Shown: one piece after another, positions 20,382-30,820 of the stretch
Layout: each line of letters begins with the position of its first letter
Position numbering within the stretch: position 1 is the stretch's first letter
NCBI GenBank assembly: GCA_963811105.1
Contig: CAWEPZ010000011.1
Coordinates: 608,001 to 672,000, forward strand
DNA from: Candidatus Bathyarchaeota archaeon
GTDB taxonomy: Archaea > Thermoproteota > Bathyarchaeia > Bathyarchaeales > Bathycorpusculaceae
Direction of reading: 5' to 3'
DNA: 64,000 nucleotides
The notes under the pieces: generated by a model
The model's database searches: none
Seen by the model: only the letters and a program-made list of their open reading frames with translations
Told to the model about the DNA's origin: nothing
Made by a program: the position numbers and the translations under genes

Positions 20382-22681
20382 TTACCGTTTTCTGAGTATT
20401 AGGATAGCTGAAGCAACTGAGATTACAACTACAATTGCTATTCCGATTGCTGCGGCTATGATTGTCATGGTATAATCGGGTATCACAACTTCTGCTTGAG
20501 TCGCGGATGCTTGAGGTGATCCAACTGAGGCGTAGGTTGTTGCGAATGAGCGACCATATGAGTCGTCGCCCTTGAAAGATGCTGTAATAGCATATTGCCC
20601 GTCGATTGTTGGCGTCCATGTGAAGCCGAAAGTACCAGTGTATCCATCGGTAGTTGTGTCGCCGATATGTATGTAGTTGCCGTTTGGATCAACAGCGTCA
20701 ATGGATATTGGAACCCCTATTATTGTCGTATTATGGTTTATACCGTCAATCGGGAGTTGCATGTGTAGATATTCCATTTGTGTAGACATTGAGTCTTTGG
20801 ATACGCACGGCGTTCCCGGTTGAGCAGGCGAAGTGTCGAGCACAGCGCCCCTTATCATAATGCCACTTCCTTGCGAAACGACAACGTCAGGTGCTGTCAC
20901 GGTAGTAGTGCTTATGCCTTTGCCAATCACGTACATCATTCCATCGTACATATCTGCAGCTGCTAGATAACCGTCAGCGATCGCCCAAGGAGTCATGCGT
21001 CCGGTGATGTTCCATATTCCCTCGCCAGTGGTAGCGTTGATAGCGTGAAGCTTATACCCTCTCGGTATAGGCTCGCTGATTGAGTGCTCATCATTGTAGC
21101 AGTAATAAACTCCATCCGCAACGTATGGTTGAGTGCCACTGCTTCCAGGGCTAGTATAAAATGGAAGGAACTCTTCACCTGTTTTAGAATCTGCATAAAC
21201 CGATTCGTATGGGAAGTCAGGTACGTATTTGTATCGCCAGGATATCTTGCCGTTGTCCCAGTTGTAAGCGGCGACTCCATCATATTGGTTTGAGATTATG
21301 TTTCCGCCGTATGATATTACGTTGTAGCATCCGAATGTTCCCCAGGGCCAACTTGAAAGCTCGCTAACCCACAGTTCTTTGCCAGTTTGCAGATCCCAGC
21401 AGTGCCAGTGGCCATCATTCAATCGTACCGCGAATTTTCCATGGTCAGCGCATGCAGTGCTTCCACTGAACAAACCACCGAGTCCAGTACTTGCGTCGGT
21501 TGATGTATTCCAAAGCAGCCTTCCTGTGTATATATTGGCACCCATTATCAAATTGCCATAAGTGACTCCTACGCTGGCAGTTGAGATTCCTTGAGTGACC
21601 ACGGCTACGCCTGCTTCGTAATCAACAACCCCTAAGCTACTGAATGGCCAAGTAACGTTGTTGCACACGTCAAGCACGAAATTCCCCACACCGAACCCTG
21701 ATATGTTTGTTCCCTTTATCGTCCAATTGATTAAACGGTAACGCTGATCAGCCGGAACGCTATTGCCAAGGTTCTGCACTGATAAGAAGTAGGGCCAATC
21801 GTAAGAAGCATAGTAAGTGCCTGTCGTCAACGGAGAAATTGAACAGTTAATTTTAACAAGGCCACAAAAGGATTGTATTGTTATTAGCCGTCCGCCGCCT
21901 ACGTACATAAGGTCAACTCTCATGCCTAAAGTGCTTGCTGCTTCACCTTGTACGATGTTAAGCTCTCTCTCGCTGTACAGAATCATGGTAGGCACTTGAG
22001 TGATATTTGTCTTTTCCCAGTAAATCTCACCTGTTCGCAAGTCATAGCATTGCCAAACGCTCTGAGTTACTCCATCGTAAACCTTAGTAACACTTTGATA
22101 ACATCGTCCCATAAAGATAATTGATGGACCGGAAACAAAGCTATTCAATGGTAATGTGTAATTGGTTTCTCCATGACCTATATTCTCTTTGCCATATTGC
22201 TCTTTGGGTAAAGGTCTTTATCGTTGGAGTGGACAGCCCGCAGTTTGGTACAATCAACGGTAACTTGTCGTGCCCCATAGAGTCTGAGATCTTTTATAGT
22301 AAACTATTCAACCCATGCTGTTCCGTCTCCTTGATAAGTGCTTATTGGACCAATCGATTCAGTTGTTCCGTCTGGTTTTGTGAAAGTCAATGTTAATCCT
22401 GTAATCAAGTGGCCTACATTAATTGGAGGCTGCATCCACATGTTAACCAGCAAGTATTGGTTGATTCCAATGGGGTTTGGTCTGAATGACATGTGAGCGA
22501 TGGTTTCATATGTCAAGTCAGGGGTAACGCCTGCAGGTAGAGGTATCGACCCAAAACCTCGTTGATTTGTATATTGAGCTTGTGCGGGAACAGAAAACAT
22601 TATGATGGAAGAAGCCATTAAAAATGCGAATAAGATTGCAATAGTTTTTTTTGCCATATTTGCGTTATTTTTCATCTGCAT
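20382..22681 (-). pseudogene. PQQ-binding-like beta-propeller surface protein (paralog 2), interrupted
   Basis: N-part 22304-22681 stops at GDGTAWVE; C-part 20382-22148 resumes near IIFMGRCYQ; the PTDYWTRP region seen in the paralogs is missing. Confidence 0.8.
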
Positions 22682-23159
22682 TTTTCTATTCTCCTTAAAT
22701 TTTTTAGAAAGAGCTTAGCGGAAAAAGCGCTCCGCTTTCAACGATAAGCCCTTTCCTCAATTGACGTATTGTTGCTAACAATTTATAAAACCAAGTGGAA
22801 AGTAACCACTGACGACAACTGTATTGGCAAGCGAACTAAAACTCTTCCTAAAACAGAAGGCAGCGGTATAAATGTCACTGACAAGTTACACATCTTTTGG
22901 ACGGCGCCATTTCAGTTACGCATTTGTTCTGCCACTTCTCAGTAGATTAAATTTTTCGGCATGTAGAAAAGTCGGATAAAATTTTCTCATAGAACCTATT
23001 TATGCAAAATTCGAGTCTTCATGGATCATATGCTGTGTCTAAGGATTTTTGTGCTGTGGTTTGGCAGGGTGATTTCGTCATACCGAAACATTTTATCGGG
23101 CACATTTCCATTAATTAATTTTGGAAAATGTCTCTTAGACTTCACGGCAACGCTACGTT

Positions 23160-23340
23160 TCCTGAACCCAAGTTCCATTCTACATCCAAACAAGCAACCT
23201 ACAAATCATTCGAGGAAACATGAAGAACTGGAAAATAACCCGCTTTGGACATGCCAACAAAGGGCAAGATAAGCAAGAATAAATAATGAAATAAGACAGA
23301 GTCTTAGCCGGAAAATGAATAACATTTCTATGCAGTACAC
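23160..23340 (+). pseudogene. GNAT-gene C-terminal remnant, copy 2
   Basis: Translates TQVPFYIQTSNLQIIRGNMKNWKITRFGHANKGQD, matching PFYILSSNPQIIHRNLGNWKIMSSGHASKGKND in copy 1. Confidence 0.7.
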
Positions 23341-23538
23341 AGGAAAGAGATAATATCATGATTTACACGTCAATTTTTTTACTCTTTCGCTTAAGCTAAG
23401 CGGGTTCAGAAACCTGGCTAGTCGAAATCGAGAAACTTGCAAGAAAAGTCTTTCATCACAAATACATCACGCATAGGAAATGTACTTGCAGTAATATTTA
23501 TCAAAAAAAAGAAAAAAGAATTATTGTTTTTTGTATTT

Positions 23539-26193
23539 TTATGGTCGTTTTTTTAGTAATAATGCGCCGACTATAGCTATTGCAATTATGATGGCAATTA
23601 CTCCTAAGACCATGTAAGTCATTAGGTCTGATGTCGTAGCAGCGTTTATTGGAGCAGAGGTTGCTGTCGGAGTTGCCTGAGGTGCGTTGACTACTAATGC
23701 TGCTGCTTGAGCATAAGAACTTCCGTATGAATCATCGCCTGCAAAGGTAGCGGTTATCTTGTATGAGCCTGCAACGGTTGGAGCCCAGACGTAGCTGAAT
23801 GTTCCGCTCATGTCGCTGGTAACTGTTGCAATGTGGACAAGGTTGTTGTTGGGGTCAACTGCGTCGATTGAAACTGGTACACCTGTAACATTAGCTGGCA
23901 CTTGATACTGAGCATGCAGGTGATCCATCCATGCGCTCATCGATTGTGCTGAAACGCATGCTGTGCCTGGCTGCCCTGGTGATTGGTCTAAGACTGTGCC
24001 TGATATTATCGCGCTTTCACCTGTGGTGATTTGTGTTTGTGGCACTGAAACTGTGGTTGCGCTTTGTCCTTTGCCGAACACATACATTGTCGCATCATAT
24101 TCGCTTCCGAATACTAGATAGCCTTCCGCAATAGCGCCTGTGAATGCTCTGGACTGGTCAACTTGAGAGGCTGAGTAGTTCCATATTTGCTCGCCTGTGG
24201 TCATGTTGACACAGTATAGGTTTAAGCCTCTTGTCAATGGTTCACTGGGTGTGTGTTCTGCAGATGAAACGTAGAGTTTTCCGTCAGCAATCTGAACACC
24301 AACGTGAAATGCGTATTCTGTGCCGTTCATGTCAGTTTGGTATGGAGTTTCAAACTCGTATGGTGTATATGCATGGAAGTGCCATTCAATATTGCCATTG
24401 GCTTCGTTAATGCCATAGACACCATCATAAGCACCGCTGATGTAGATGCCGTAGCCTGTTGCAACATGGTATGCGCCGAATTCACCCCATGGATAAGACA
24501 GCTGAGTACTCCACTTAAGTTTTCCAGTGTTCAAGTCCCAAGCCATTATATCGCCTTCAAGCCCTCTGGCAATGAATACTCCGTTGTCAGCAACGCATTC
24601 AACAGTGCTGAAAAATGATTCGCTACCGTCACCCTTTTGTAGAGTTGTCACATTCCACAACACCTGTCCAGTTGTGAGACTAATACCTGTCATGAATTGT
24701 CCGATTGTAACTCCAGTGCCGCTTACACCCGATGGGTTTATTGAACCAACGTAGACCGCTACACCTGTAGTAAAGTCAGTTGTGGTTGGCAATGAACTAA
24801 TCGGCCATGTTATGTTTCCTGCAATTCTTTGCTGTAAGGTATTAGCGGTAGTTACGGTTGTACCAGTTGACACTTGGACCCCAGCATCGTTTGTTGTCCA
24901 GTTGATTAATCTGTATCTGTTTGCGCCTGCTGCCGCACCTAGATCCTGAACACTTAATTCGTATTCGTCCGAATAGTATGTACCAGTCGTTAATGGAGCG
25001 ATTGAAGCGTTAATAAGGGTAGAACCGGTGAATGGGTCATATTTGAGCAGTCTTTGGCTGCCAACATATACTAGTGTTACGCCTAAGCCTCGCATCATGG
25101 CTTCTTCGCCAGCTACTGCTTGAGAAGCTCTTTTTGTGTAGCTAACGAATGTTGGTGCTTGAGTTACACTGAAGTTTGCAGAATTTGTTTTATCCCAGTA
25201 TATCTGACCTGTGCGTAAGTCATAGCATTCCCAAACGTCTTGTGTTATACCGTTTACTACTTTTGTAAGTGTTTGATAGCATCTTCCGTTGTAGATTATT
25301 TGTGGATAGAGCCAACTACCTGCTGTTGGACTTGGGGTAGCGTCTGGTCTAGCTGTGATGTCTCCGAGTTGTCCGCCGATTAAGCCGCCAACGCCGACTA
25401 CTCTTGACCATAGAATGTGTGCAGTGTTAGGCGCTTGAACGTATGGTACGAAATTGCTTGTTGCACTCCAGGTTTTTGAAGTGTTTGGATATAGTGAATC
25501 CCATGTGATTCCTTGGGTATAGCTTGGGTCAACTGGTGAATAGCCAGTTGGTGGGTAGCATCCAAGTATGGTCCACCATTCCCTGTTGTTAGGCGACACT
25601 GGTCTGGTCCAGTAGTCGGTTGGCAATGGTGTCGGTGGCCATGAAGCTACTAGGTCTTGTTGGACGACCATTTTTAGTGGTGGTGAAGATGAGGGGCTGT
25701 AGTAGGCTGAATTTAGGTTCTGTCCTGAAGAGTTAGTAACAATGTAACCGCTAAAGTATTGTGCTGCTGGAAAGTACTCGCCTATGAAGTTGAATTGTAC
25801 GGTGTAGTTGCCTACCTGGTCTGGCACATAAGTTGTCCATGCTGTTGCGTCGCCGGCGTATGATGATAGAGACAATTTGTCTTGGGATCCGTCTGGCTTG
25901 GTGATAACGATCTGATAGGAACCTATGTATTGTCTGTTGATGTTGATTGGAGGCTGAGTCCACATGTTTATCAGCAGTGGCTGGTTTACGCCTATCGGGT
26001 TGGGTGAAACGCTCAGGTATGAAACGGTTGAGATTGTGATGCTTGGGGTAACACCTGATGGCAGTGCTCCAGCGGTTGGTTGGGTTGCGGCAAGTTGAGC
26101 TTTAGTAGGTGCAGCAATCATTGCAATTGACGAAATCATTAGTATTGCTAAGAATATCGCTAATATTTGCTCTTTATGTGTAGAATAATTCAT
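23539..26193 (-). CDS. PQQ-binding-like beta-propeller surface protein (paralog 3)
   Basis: 884 aa; same motif set as paralog 1; C-terminal TM plus KKRP. Confidence 0.85.
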   Translation of the reverse strand: MNYSTHKEQILAIFLAILMISSIAMIAAPTKAQLAATQPTAGALPSGVTPSITISTVSYLSVSPNPIGVNQPLLINMWTQPPININRQYIGSYQIVITKPDGSQDKLSLSSYAGDATAWTTYVPDQVGNYTVQFNFIGEYFPAAQYFSGYIVTNSSGQNLNSAYYSPSSSPPLKMVVQQDLVASWPPTPLPTDYWTRPVSPNNREWWTILGCYPPTGYSPVDPSYTQGITWDSLYPNTSKTWSATSNFVPYVQAPNTAHILWSRVVGVGGLIGGQLGDITARPDATPSPTAGSWLYPQIIYNGRCYQTLTKVVNGITQDVWECYDLRTGQIYWDKTNSANFSVTQAPTFVSYTKRASQAVAGEEAMMRGLGVTLVYVGSQRLLKYDPFTGSTLINASIAPLTTGTYYSDEYELSVQDLGAAAGANRYRLINWTTNDAGVQVSTGTTVTTANTLQQRIAGNITWPISSLPTTTDFTTGVAVYVGSINPSGVSGTGVTIGQFMTGISLTTGQVLWNVTTLQKGDGSESFFSTVECVADNGVFIARGLEGDIMAWDLNTGKLKWSTQLSYPWGEFGAYHVATGYGIYISGAYDGVYGINEANGNIEWHFHAYTPYEFETPYQTDMNGTEYAFHVGVQIADGKLYVSSAEHTPSEPLTRGLNLYCVNMTTGEQIWNYSASQVDQSRAFTGAIAEGYLVFGSEYDATMYVFGKGQSATTVSVPQTQITTGESAIISGTVLDQSPGQPGTACVSAQSMSAWMDHLHAQYQVPANVTGVPVSIDAVDPNNNLVHIATVTSDMSGTFSYVWAPTVAGSYKITATFAGDDSYGSSYAQAAALVVNAPQATPTATSAPINAATTSDLMTYMVLGVIAIIIAIAIVGALLLKKRP

Positions 26194-26279
26194 TTTTGTT
26201 CTTCTCCTAAATTTTTATGAACAATCCCTTCGTGCGATTAGTTATAAAACTTTCGAATAATTTTCATTACGCACAGAAA

Positions 26280-26395
26280 ATTGGCAAGTCGACAGGTTTG
26301 GGTATGCAAGCAAAGGGAGAGATAATACAAGAATAAACTCAGAAATAAGAAGCAGTCTTAGCCGGAAACGAATAACTGTTTCTATGCAATATTTA
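26280..26395 (+). pseudogene. GNAT-gene C-terminal remnant, copy 3
   Basis: Nucleotide match to 23250-23340 (caaaggg..agataa..caagaataaa..gaaataaga..agtcttagccggaaa..gaataac..tttctatgca). Confidence 0.7.
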
Positions 26396-26508
26396 GAACA
26401 ATAAACAACATCTTTTCTCAAGCCTTTGTATAAATTAAGCCCTCAAATTCACGGTAGCCATGCACACTGAACCAAAATGTTAAGCGCGTGCCAAAGCGAA
26501 AATTGTAC

Positions 26509-27921
26509 TTAGTTTATTTCTTTTTGTTTCTTGTTTAAACCTAGCGAGTATTTTGCTGCAACTACCAGTATAGTGCCAAATATGGCTACTATTACGATTA
26601 GTATTATTTCGCTTCCTGGTTGTTGGGTTCCTTTGAGTTCTGTTGCGGGTGCATTTGCGTCTATGTGCATGCTTATTTGATGGGTGCTGTGCGAATAATT
26701 GAATGTGAATACCCAAGAATCATCTGTTGAAGTTACTGTGTAATTGAGTTGTTTTCCGTCAATGTATGCTTGTAAGCCGTTACCGTTTGGAAGTAAACTC
26801 TTGGCTATTGTAGCTTTAACGAAACCTGTCGTTCCAGATGGACCTGTTACGTTAAAACTCAAAGTGGCTGTCTCATTGTTGAAAGCCAAAGCGTTAACGG
26901 TGCTGTTTGATTCGATAACCAAAGTATTTTTGTTTTCAATGGGCAAGAAGTTTAAAGTGGTAGTATTGCTTGCGTAAGTGTTTGTTGAGTCTCCGCTCCA
27001 CTCCGTCTTAAGTGTGAATGAGCCTGAGGCACTGTTTATCCACTGGATATTGTACGTGCCTTCGTCGTTTGTTAGTCCCGAACTTATGGGTATCCAAGTT
27101 TTTGCTCCTGGAAAAGTGTAGGATAAGACAACTGTTTTATTCTGCAATGGAACCCTGCTAGAATCCGATAACGTACCGAAAATGTTTACTGCTGAACCAG
27201 CGGTTGTTGACAAAGACTCGGTGGAGATTGAAAGGATTGCAGGGTTATTAAAAGGGTCTTGGATGTTTCGGAATGAATAGTCAGCTGGTGAATTGCCCCA
27301 TACGCCTAATCCTATGTATTTAATGTCTTCGAATGTGAAATTGGCTATTTCGGACGTTGAAAGTGACCCTATTGATGTGCCATTTTCGTCAAGTACAGTT
27401 GTTGTGATAGCAAAAGGAGATGATGCAACACTTAATTTCATCGTGTACCAAACGTGCGGTTCTCCGAAAGCAACTTCGCTTGCCATCCAGTCGCTCCAAT
27501 TCCTCGCCAACTGAAAAACGCTCTCACCATAGTATCCATATTCAAAGTTAAATCCAAGAGTACTTCCTGCAATCGGCAGGCTGCTTCTAACGAATACTCC
27601 ACAGCTTTCAGGCGTCTCAGCGTTCACTTGAAAAGAAAACGTGAAATCACTGCTAGGTTTAATTTCCTTATAAAAAGATATTGCAGGACTAACACTACCG
27701 CCGTTGCTCCATAACCTCAAAGTACCGTTTGATTCAGCATAGTAGCCGCCTTTGTCTTCAACTTGCCACCCTACAAGCGAGGTTGGGGCTGCCTGACTCT
27801 CGCAGCGGCTTAGTTGACTAAACGTCAAGACCAAAAGGCTGATTAGGAGCAACATGGGGATTAGCTTTTTCCACACAGACACTCGACCTTTAATGAGGCT
27901 AACAAGATTGTCACTTGTCAC
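26509..27921 (-). CDS. Secreted surface protein with a lectin/ConA-like N-domain and the shared C-terminal module (cassette)
   Basis: Signal peptide; SNSTVNALAFNN..LSFNVTGPSGTTGF..YSHSTH; TM. Confidence 0.75.
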   Translation of the reverse strand: MTSDNLVSLIKGRVSVWKKLIPMLLLISLLVLTFSQLSRCESQAAPTSLVGWQVEDKGGYYAESNGTLRLWSNGGSVSPAISFYKEIKPSSDFTFSFQVNAETPESCGVFVRSSLPIAGSTLGFNFEYGYYGESVFQLARNWSDWMASEVAFGEPHVWYTMKLSVASSPFAITTTVLDENGTSIGSLSTSEIANFTFEDIKYIGLGVWGNSPADYSFRNIQDPFNNPAILSISTESLSTTAGSAVNIFGTLSDSSRVPLQNKTVVLSYTFPGAKTWIPISSGLTNDEGTYNIQWINSASGSFTLKTEWSGDSTNTYASNTTTLNFLPIENKNTLVIESNSTVNALAFNNETATLSFNVTGPSGTTGFVKATIAKSLLPNGNGLQAYIDGKQLNYTVTSTDDSWVFTFNYSHSTHQISMHIDANAPATELKGTQQPGSEIILIVIVAIFGTILVVAAKYSLGLNKKQKEIN

Positions 27922-27961
27922 TTAAAATATGAAGATTTGTTTTAAAGATAAAAGAGTTTTC

Positions 27962-28023
27962 GTCAACATTATTTGACTAACAGTTTCTTTTTAGCGTTTT
28001 TTAGTCAAGAAACTTTGACTAAA
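27962..28023. repeat. Variant type A site with the second palindrome inverted and displaced
   Basis: GTCAA CATTAT TTGAC, 26 nt, GTCAA GAAACT TTGAC; arms TTTTAGTCAA/TTGACTAAAA are perfect. Confidence 0.75.
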
Positions 28024-28119
28024 ATCAAAGCAAGAGTCCACGCTACTTTAGCCCAGAAAAGGTAGTTCGGTTCTATTGCTTTCCAATTTGCCTTAATCCA
28101 CCCTTTTATTAGTTGAACA

Positions 28120-29319
28120 TCATTTTTTATACCTAAGTATCACCGCAACAGAGAGCATTATGACAAACAATGATAGAATTGTCAACCAAGAAAACTCAGG
28201 AACAGAAGGAGATGGGGTTGGACTAGGAGAAGGGCTGTTATTGGGGTTGCTGTTTGGTGTTGGGGAAGAGGTAGAATAAGGTAATGCTGTTGATGAATAA
28301 GTAAGATAGTTTTCAATGTTAACAGGATTAAGCAATGGAAAATTATCTTGGTTGAACTCATTTATTGTATAGGGTATACTTCCAATGCCATTGCTTCCAG
28401 TTCCTCTGTATTTATCCCAATGATTACCTTCCTTGCCATCATCCCAATAATTGATTGATTTTACGACTCTGATCAGGTCATAGTATGAAGAATCATTTGA
28501 GATATCCTTTGAATTAAAAAGAAAATTATTGTGATGCAGTACATTCTTTGTGCTTCCAACAAAATGAGTAGCGTCAGTATTGTAAGCTATGTAGTTTCCC
28601 ACTACATAGTTTTGGCTTGTAAAGTAGTAAAACAAGCCTGTGTACGCTGAAGTTATTTTGTTAGCTGAAACAACAGTGTTGTTTACATTTCTATCTGAGA
28701 AGCGTAAACCTACATGGCTAGAACTGATATCATTATTTCTAATCAGGTTATGAGTAGAAAATCCAGTGATATCAATCCCATAGTAATTGTCCCAAATAGT
28801 ATTTGCTTCAATCAAATTATTACTGGAAGAATGCACCCAAATGCCATTGCCACTATTTTCTATCTTATTACCGGTGATATTGCAGTTTTGAGACTGTTCT
28901 AGTTGTATAGCAACAAGTTCTTTATCAAAAATGATGGCACTAACGGTTGGTTGTTTGGTATTAGTGGCAACTAGAGTTAATGCTGAAATGGCAACTTGAC
29001 TATGGTTTACCATTAACATAAATGGATTTGATTGACCAGTAATAATGGTTGACTCCTTATCCTCACCTGTAAGTGAGATTGCTTTGTCAATTATGATGTT
29101 GCTTTCTTGATAGGTGCCTTTCTTTACATAAACTGTATCTCCGTCATCTGCATGACTTACAGCATCTTTGATAGTGGAATAATCAGCTGGCACAACTATT
29201 GTTTCAGGTTCTAAAACGGTAGTTCCTGATTCTGCCTCTGATATTTGGATTAATGGTACAACTATCAAACTAAGAAATAGCAAAATAATTGCTAAGACTA
29301 CAGCTTTATTGGTTCTCAT
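28120..29319 (-). CDS. NosD/CASH beta-helix surface protein with PEF-CTERM-like anchor (cassette)
   Basis: IVVPADYSTIKDAV..GDTVYVKKGTYQE, WDDGKEGNHWDKY, DNFPL, VPEFSWLTIL. Confidence 0.85.
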   Translation of the reverse strand: MRTNKAVVLAIILLFLSLIVVPLIQISEAESGTTVLEPETIVVPADYSTIKDAVSHADDGDTVYVKKGTYQESNIIIDKAISLTGEDKESTIITGQSNPFMLMVNHSQVAISALTLVATNTKQPTVSAIIFDKELVAIQLEQSQNCNITGNKIENSGNGIWVHSSSNNLIEANTIWDNYYGIDITGFSTHNLIRNNDISSSHVGLRFSDRNVNNTVVSANKITSAYTGLFYYFTSQNYVVGNYIAYNTDATHFVGSTKNVLHHNNFLFNSKDISNDSSYYDLIRVVKSINYWDDGKEGNHWDKYRGTGSNGIGSIPYTINEFNQDNFPLLNPVNIENYLTYSSTALPYSTSSPTPNSNPNNSPSPSPTPSPSVPEFSWLTILSLFVIMLSVAVILRYKK

Positions 29320-29363
29320 TTTTCCAAATCTACTGCTGTTTGACTATCCCTAAAAGGCTTTCA

Positions 29364-29403
29364 GTAAAATAATCTTGATTGTGATTAGTCAAACTTTCTT
29401 GAC
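29364..29403. repeat. Cassette-junction site type A, full copy
   Basis: GTAAA ATAATC TTGAT TGTGATTA GTCAA ACTTTC TTGAC. Confidence 0.85.
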
Positions 29404-29500
29404 TACGCAAATTTGCGTTTGTGTTGTTTTTCAACTCTCATTTTTTCAGTCAACAAAAGCCAGTCTGAACCATTCTATTCCTTTTTGCTTCATTATGCGA

Positions 29501-30709
29501 TCAGAGCCTCTTTACAGAATTTTTGCGTCTCACAACAATAAGAATCGCCGCTCCTGCCACGACACCTAATGCGGTTGCAGCTACTATTTCTAAAGTTGCA
29601 GTCGGTGTTGCATTGGACGTTTCAGCTGCTTGAGCTGTCGTTGAAGATGACATTGATGAGGGTGCAGTTCGATTGAGTGATATGTCTTCAACGGGTTTGT
29701 ATTGCCAAATGTTTGAGCAGTAGAAACTGGAGCCGTCAGTGTAGCCCCCTATTGCGTACAAAGCATCACCAACAGCTGCAACGCCAAGAGCGTTTCTGTT
29801 ATCAATCATCGGAGTACCCATTGTCCAAGAGTCGTTTTGGGGAAAATAGACTTGGTTGAAATCTGTGCCCGATTGGTTGCCGTATCGTTGCTTCTGAGTG
29901 CCGCCTCCCAGTACGTGAATTGCGCTTGTGTTAGACGTTGTTAAGGTAACCGCTGCTGAGTTCTCGACTGAGTTTGGAATAGGTGCTGCGGTGGTCCAAG
30001 TGTCGGTCTGAGGGTCATACACTTGAACTATGTTGGTGATGTCTCCATTCTGCATGACTCCTGAAAATACGTATATTTTGTTGTCTACTGCTGCGGATGC
30101 GTATGACGCGACTGGATAGGGCATAGGTGCCAACTCTTTCCACGAGTCTACTGCAGGGTCATAGGCCTGGTTTTCCCCTGAAATCATGTAGGAGAGTTGA
30201 CCAGGTAAAGCTTTAGGCGAGTTATCCTTGGTCATTGTTCTTCCGCCAATCAAGTAGATTTCTCCGTCAACCACGTTTGCTGTTAAGAACCATCTTTGGG
30301 TAGGCATGGGAGTTTTCGCCATCCAAGAATCCGATGTTGAGTCATAGACGTTGTTTGCTGGTCCTCCGATACAGTAGATTATGTCTTGGTAAGCAGCGAT
30401 GCCGAAGCTGTTGAGCCAGTTTGGTCCAGGCATCGGCGTTTTCTCAACCCAAGTGTCAGTGGCTGGATTGTAGGCTTCGTTTGTGTTGGTGGTTCCTGTG
30501 CGATTGTTATGATATCTGTCCTGTACTGCTGTTAGCCCGCCAATTGCGTAAATCGTGCCATTGGCTGTCACGGCACCAAACATGTATCTTGCCGTGGGCA
30601 TAGGCGACTTTTCAACCCATGAAAGGGCTTGAGCGTCGGAGGGATGAATGGCAAAACAGCTTACTGTTATGATGATGAGCGCAAACACGAACACAAATAC
30701 CTTGGCCAT
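29501..30709 (-). CDS. Kelch-repeat secreted, membrane-anchored protein (cassette)
   Basis: Repeated MPT.R...IY.IGG...YDP.TD.W Kelch blades; signal peptide; TM. Confidence 0.9.
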   Translation of the reverse strand: MAKVFVFVFALIIITVSCFAIHPSDAQALSWVEKSPMPTARYMFGAVTANGTIYAIGGLTAVQDRYHNNRTGTTNTNEAYNPATDTWVEKTPMPGPNWLNSFGIAAYQDIIYCIGGPANNVYDSTSDSWMAKTPMPTQRWFLTANVVDGEIYLIGGRTMTKDNSPKALPGQLSYMISGENQAYDPAVDSWKELAPMPYPVASYASAAVDNKIYVFSGVMQNGDITNIVQVYDPQTDTWTTAAPIPNSVENSAAVTLTTSNTSAIHVLGGGTQKQRYGNQSGTDFNQVYFPQNDSWTMGTPMIDNRNALGVAAVGDALYAIGGYTDGSSFYCSNIWQYKPVEDISLNRTAPSSMSSSTTAQAAETSNATPTATLEIVAATALGVVAGAAILIVVRRKNSVKRL

Positions 30710-30758
30710 ATTCTGTCATCAAACTGTATTCGCAAGGTTCCTATTAGCTCTCCTTGAA

Positions 30759-30783
30759 GAACAGGCTGTTCCGCTGAAAGAAC
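30759..30783. repeat. Junction site type B
   Basis: GAACA GGC TGTTC CGCTGAAA GAAC. Confidence 0.8.
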
Positions 30784-30820
30784 ACTGCGTTAACCCAAGT
30801 TCTCATCTTACCTTTTAGTG

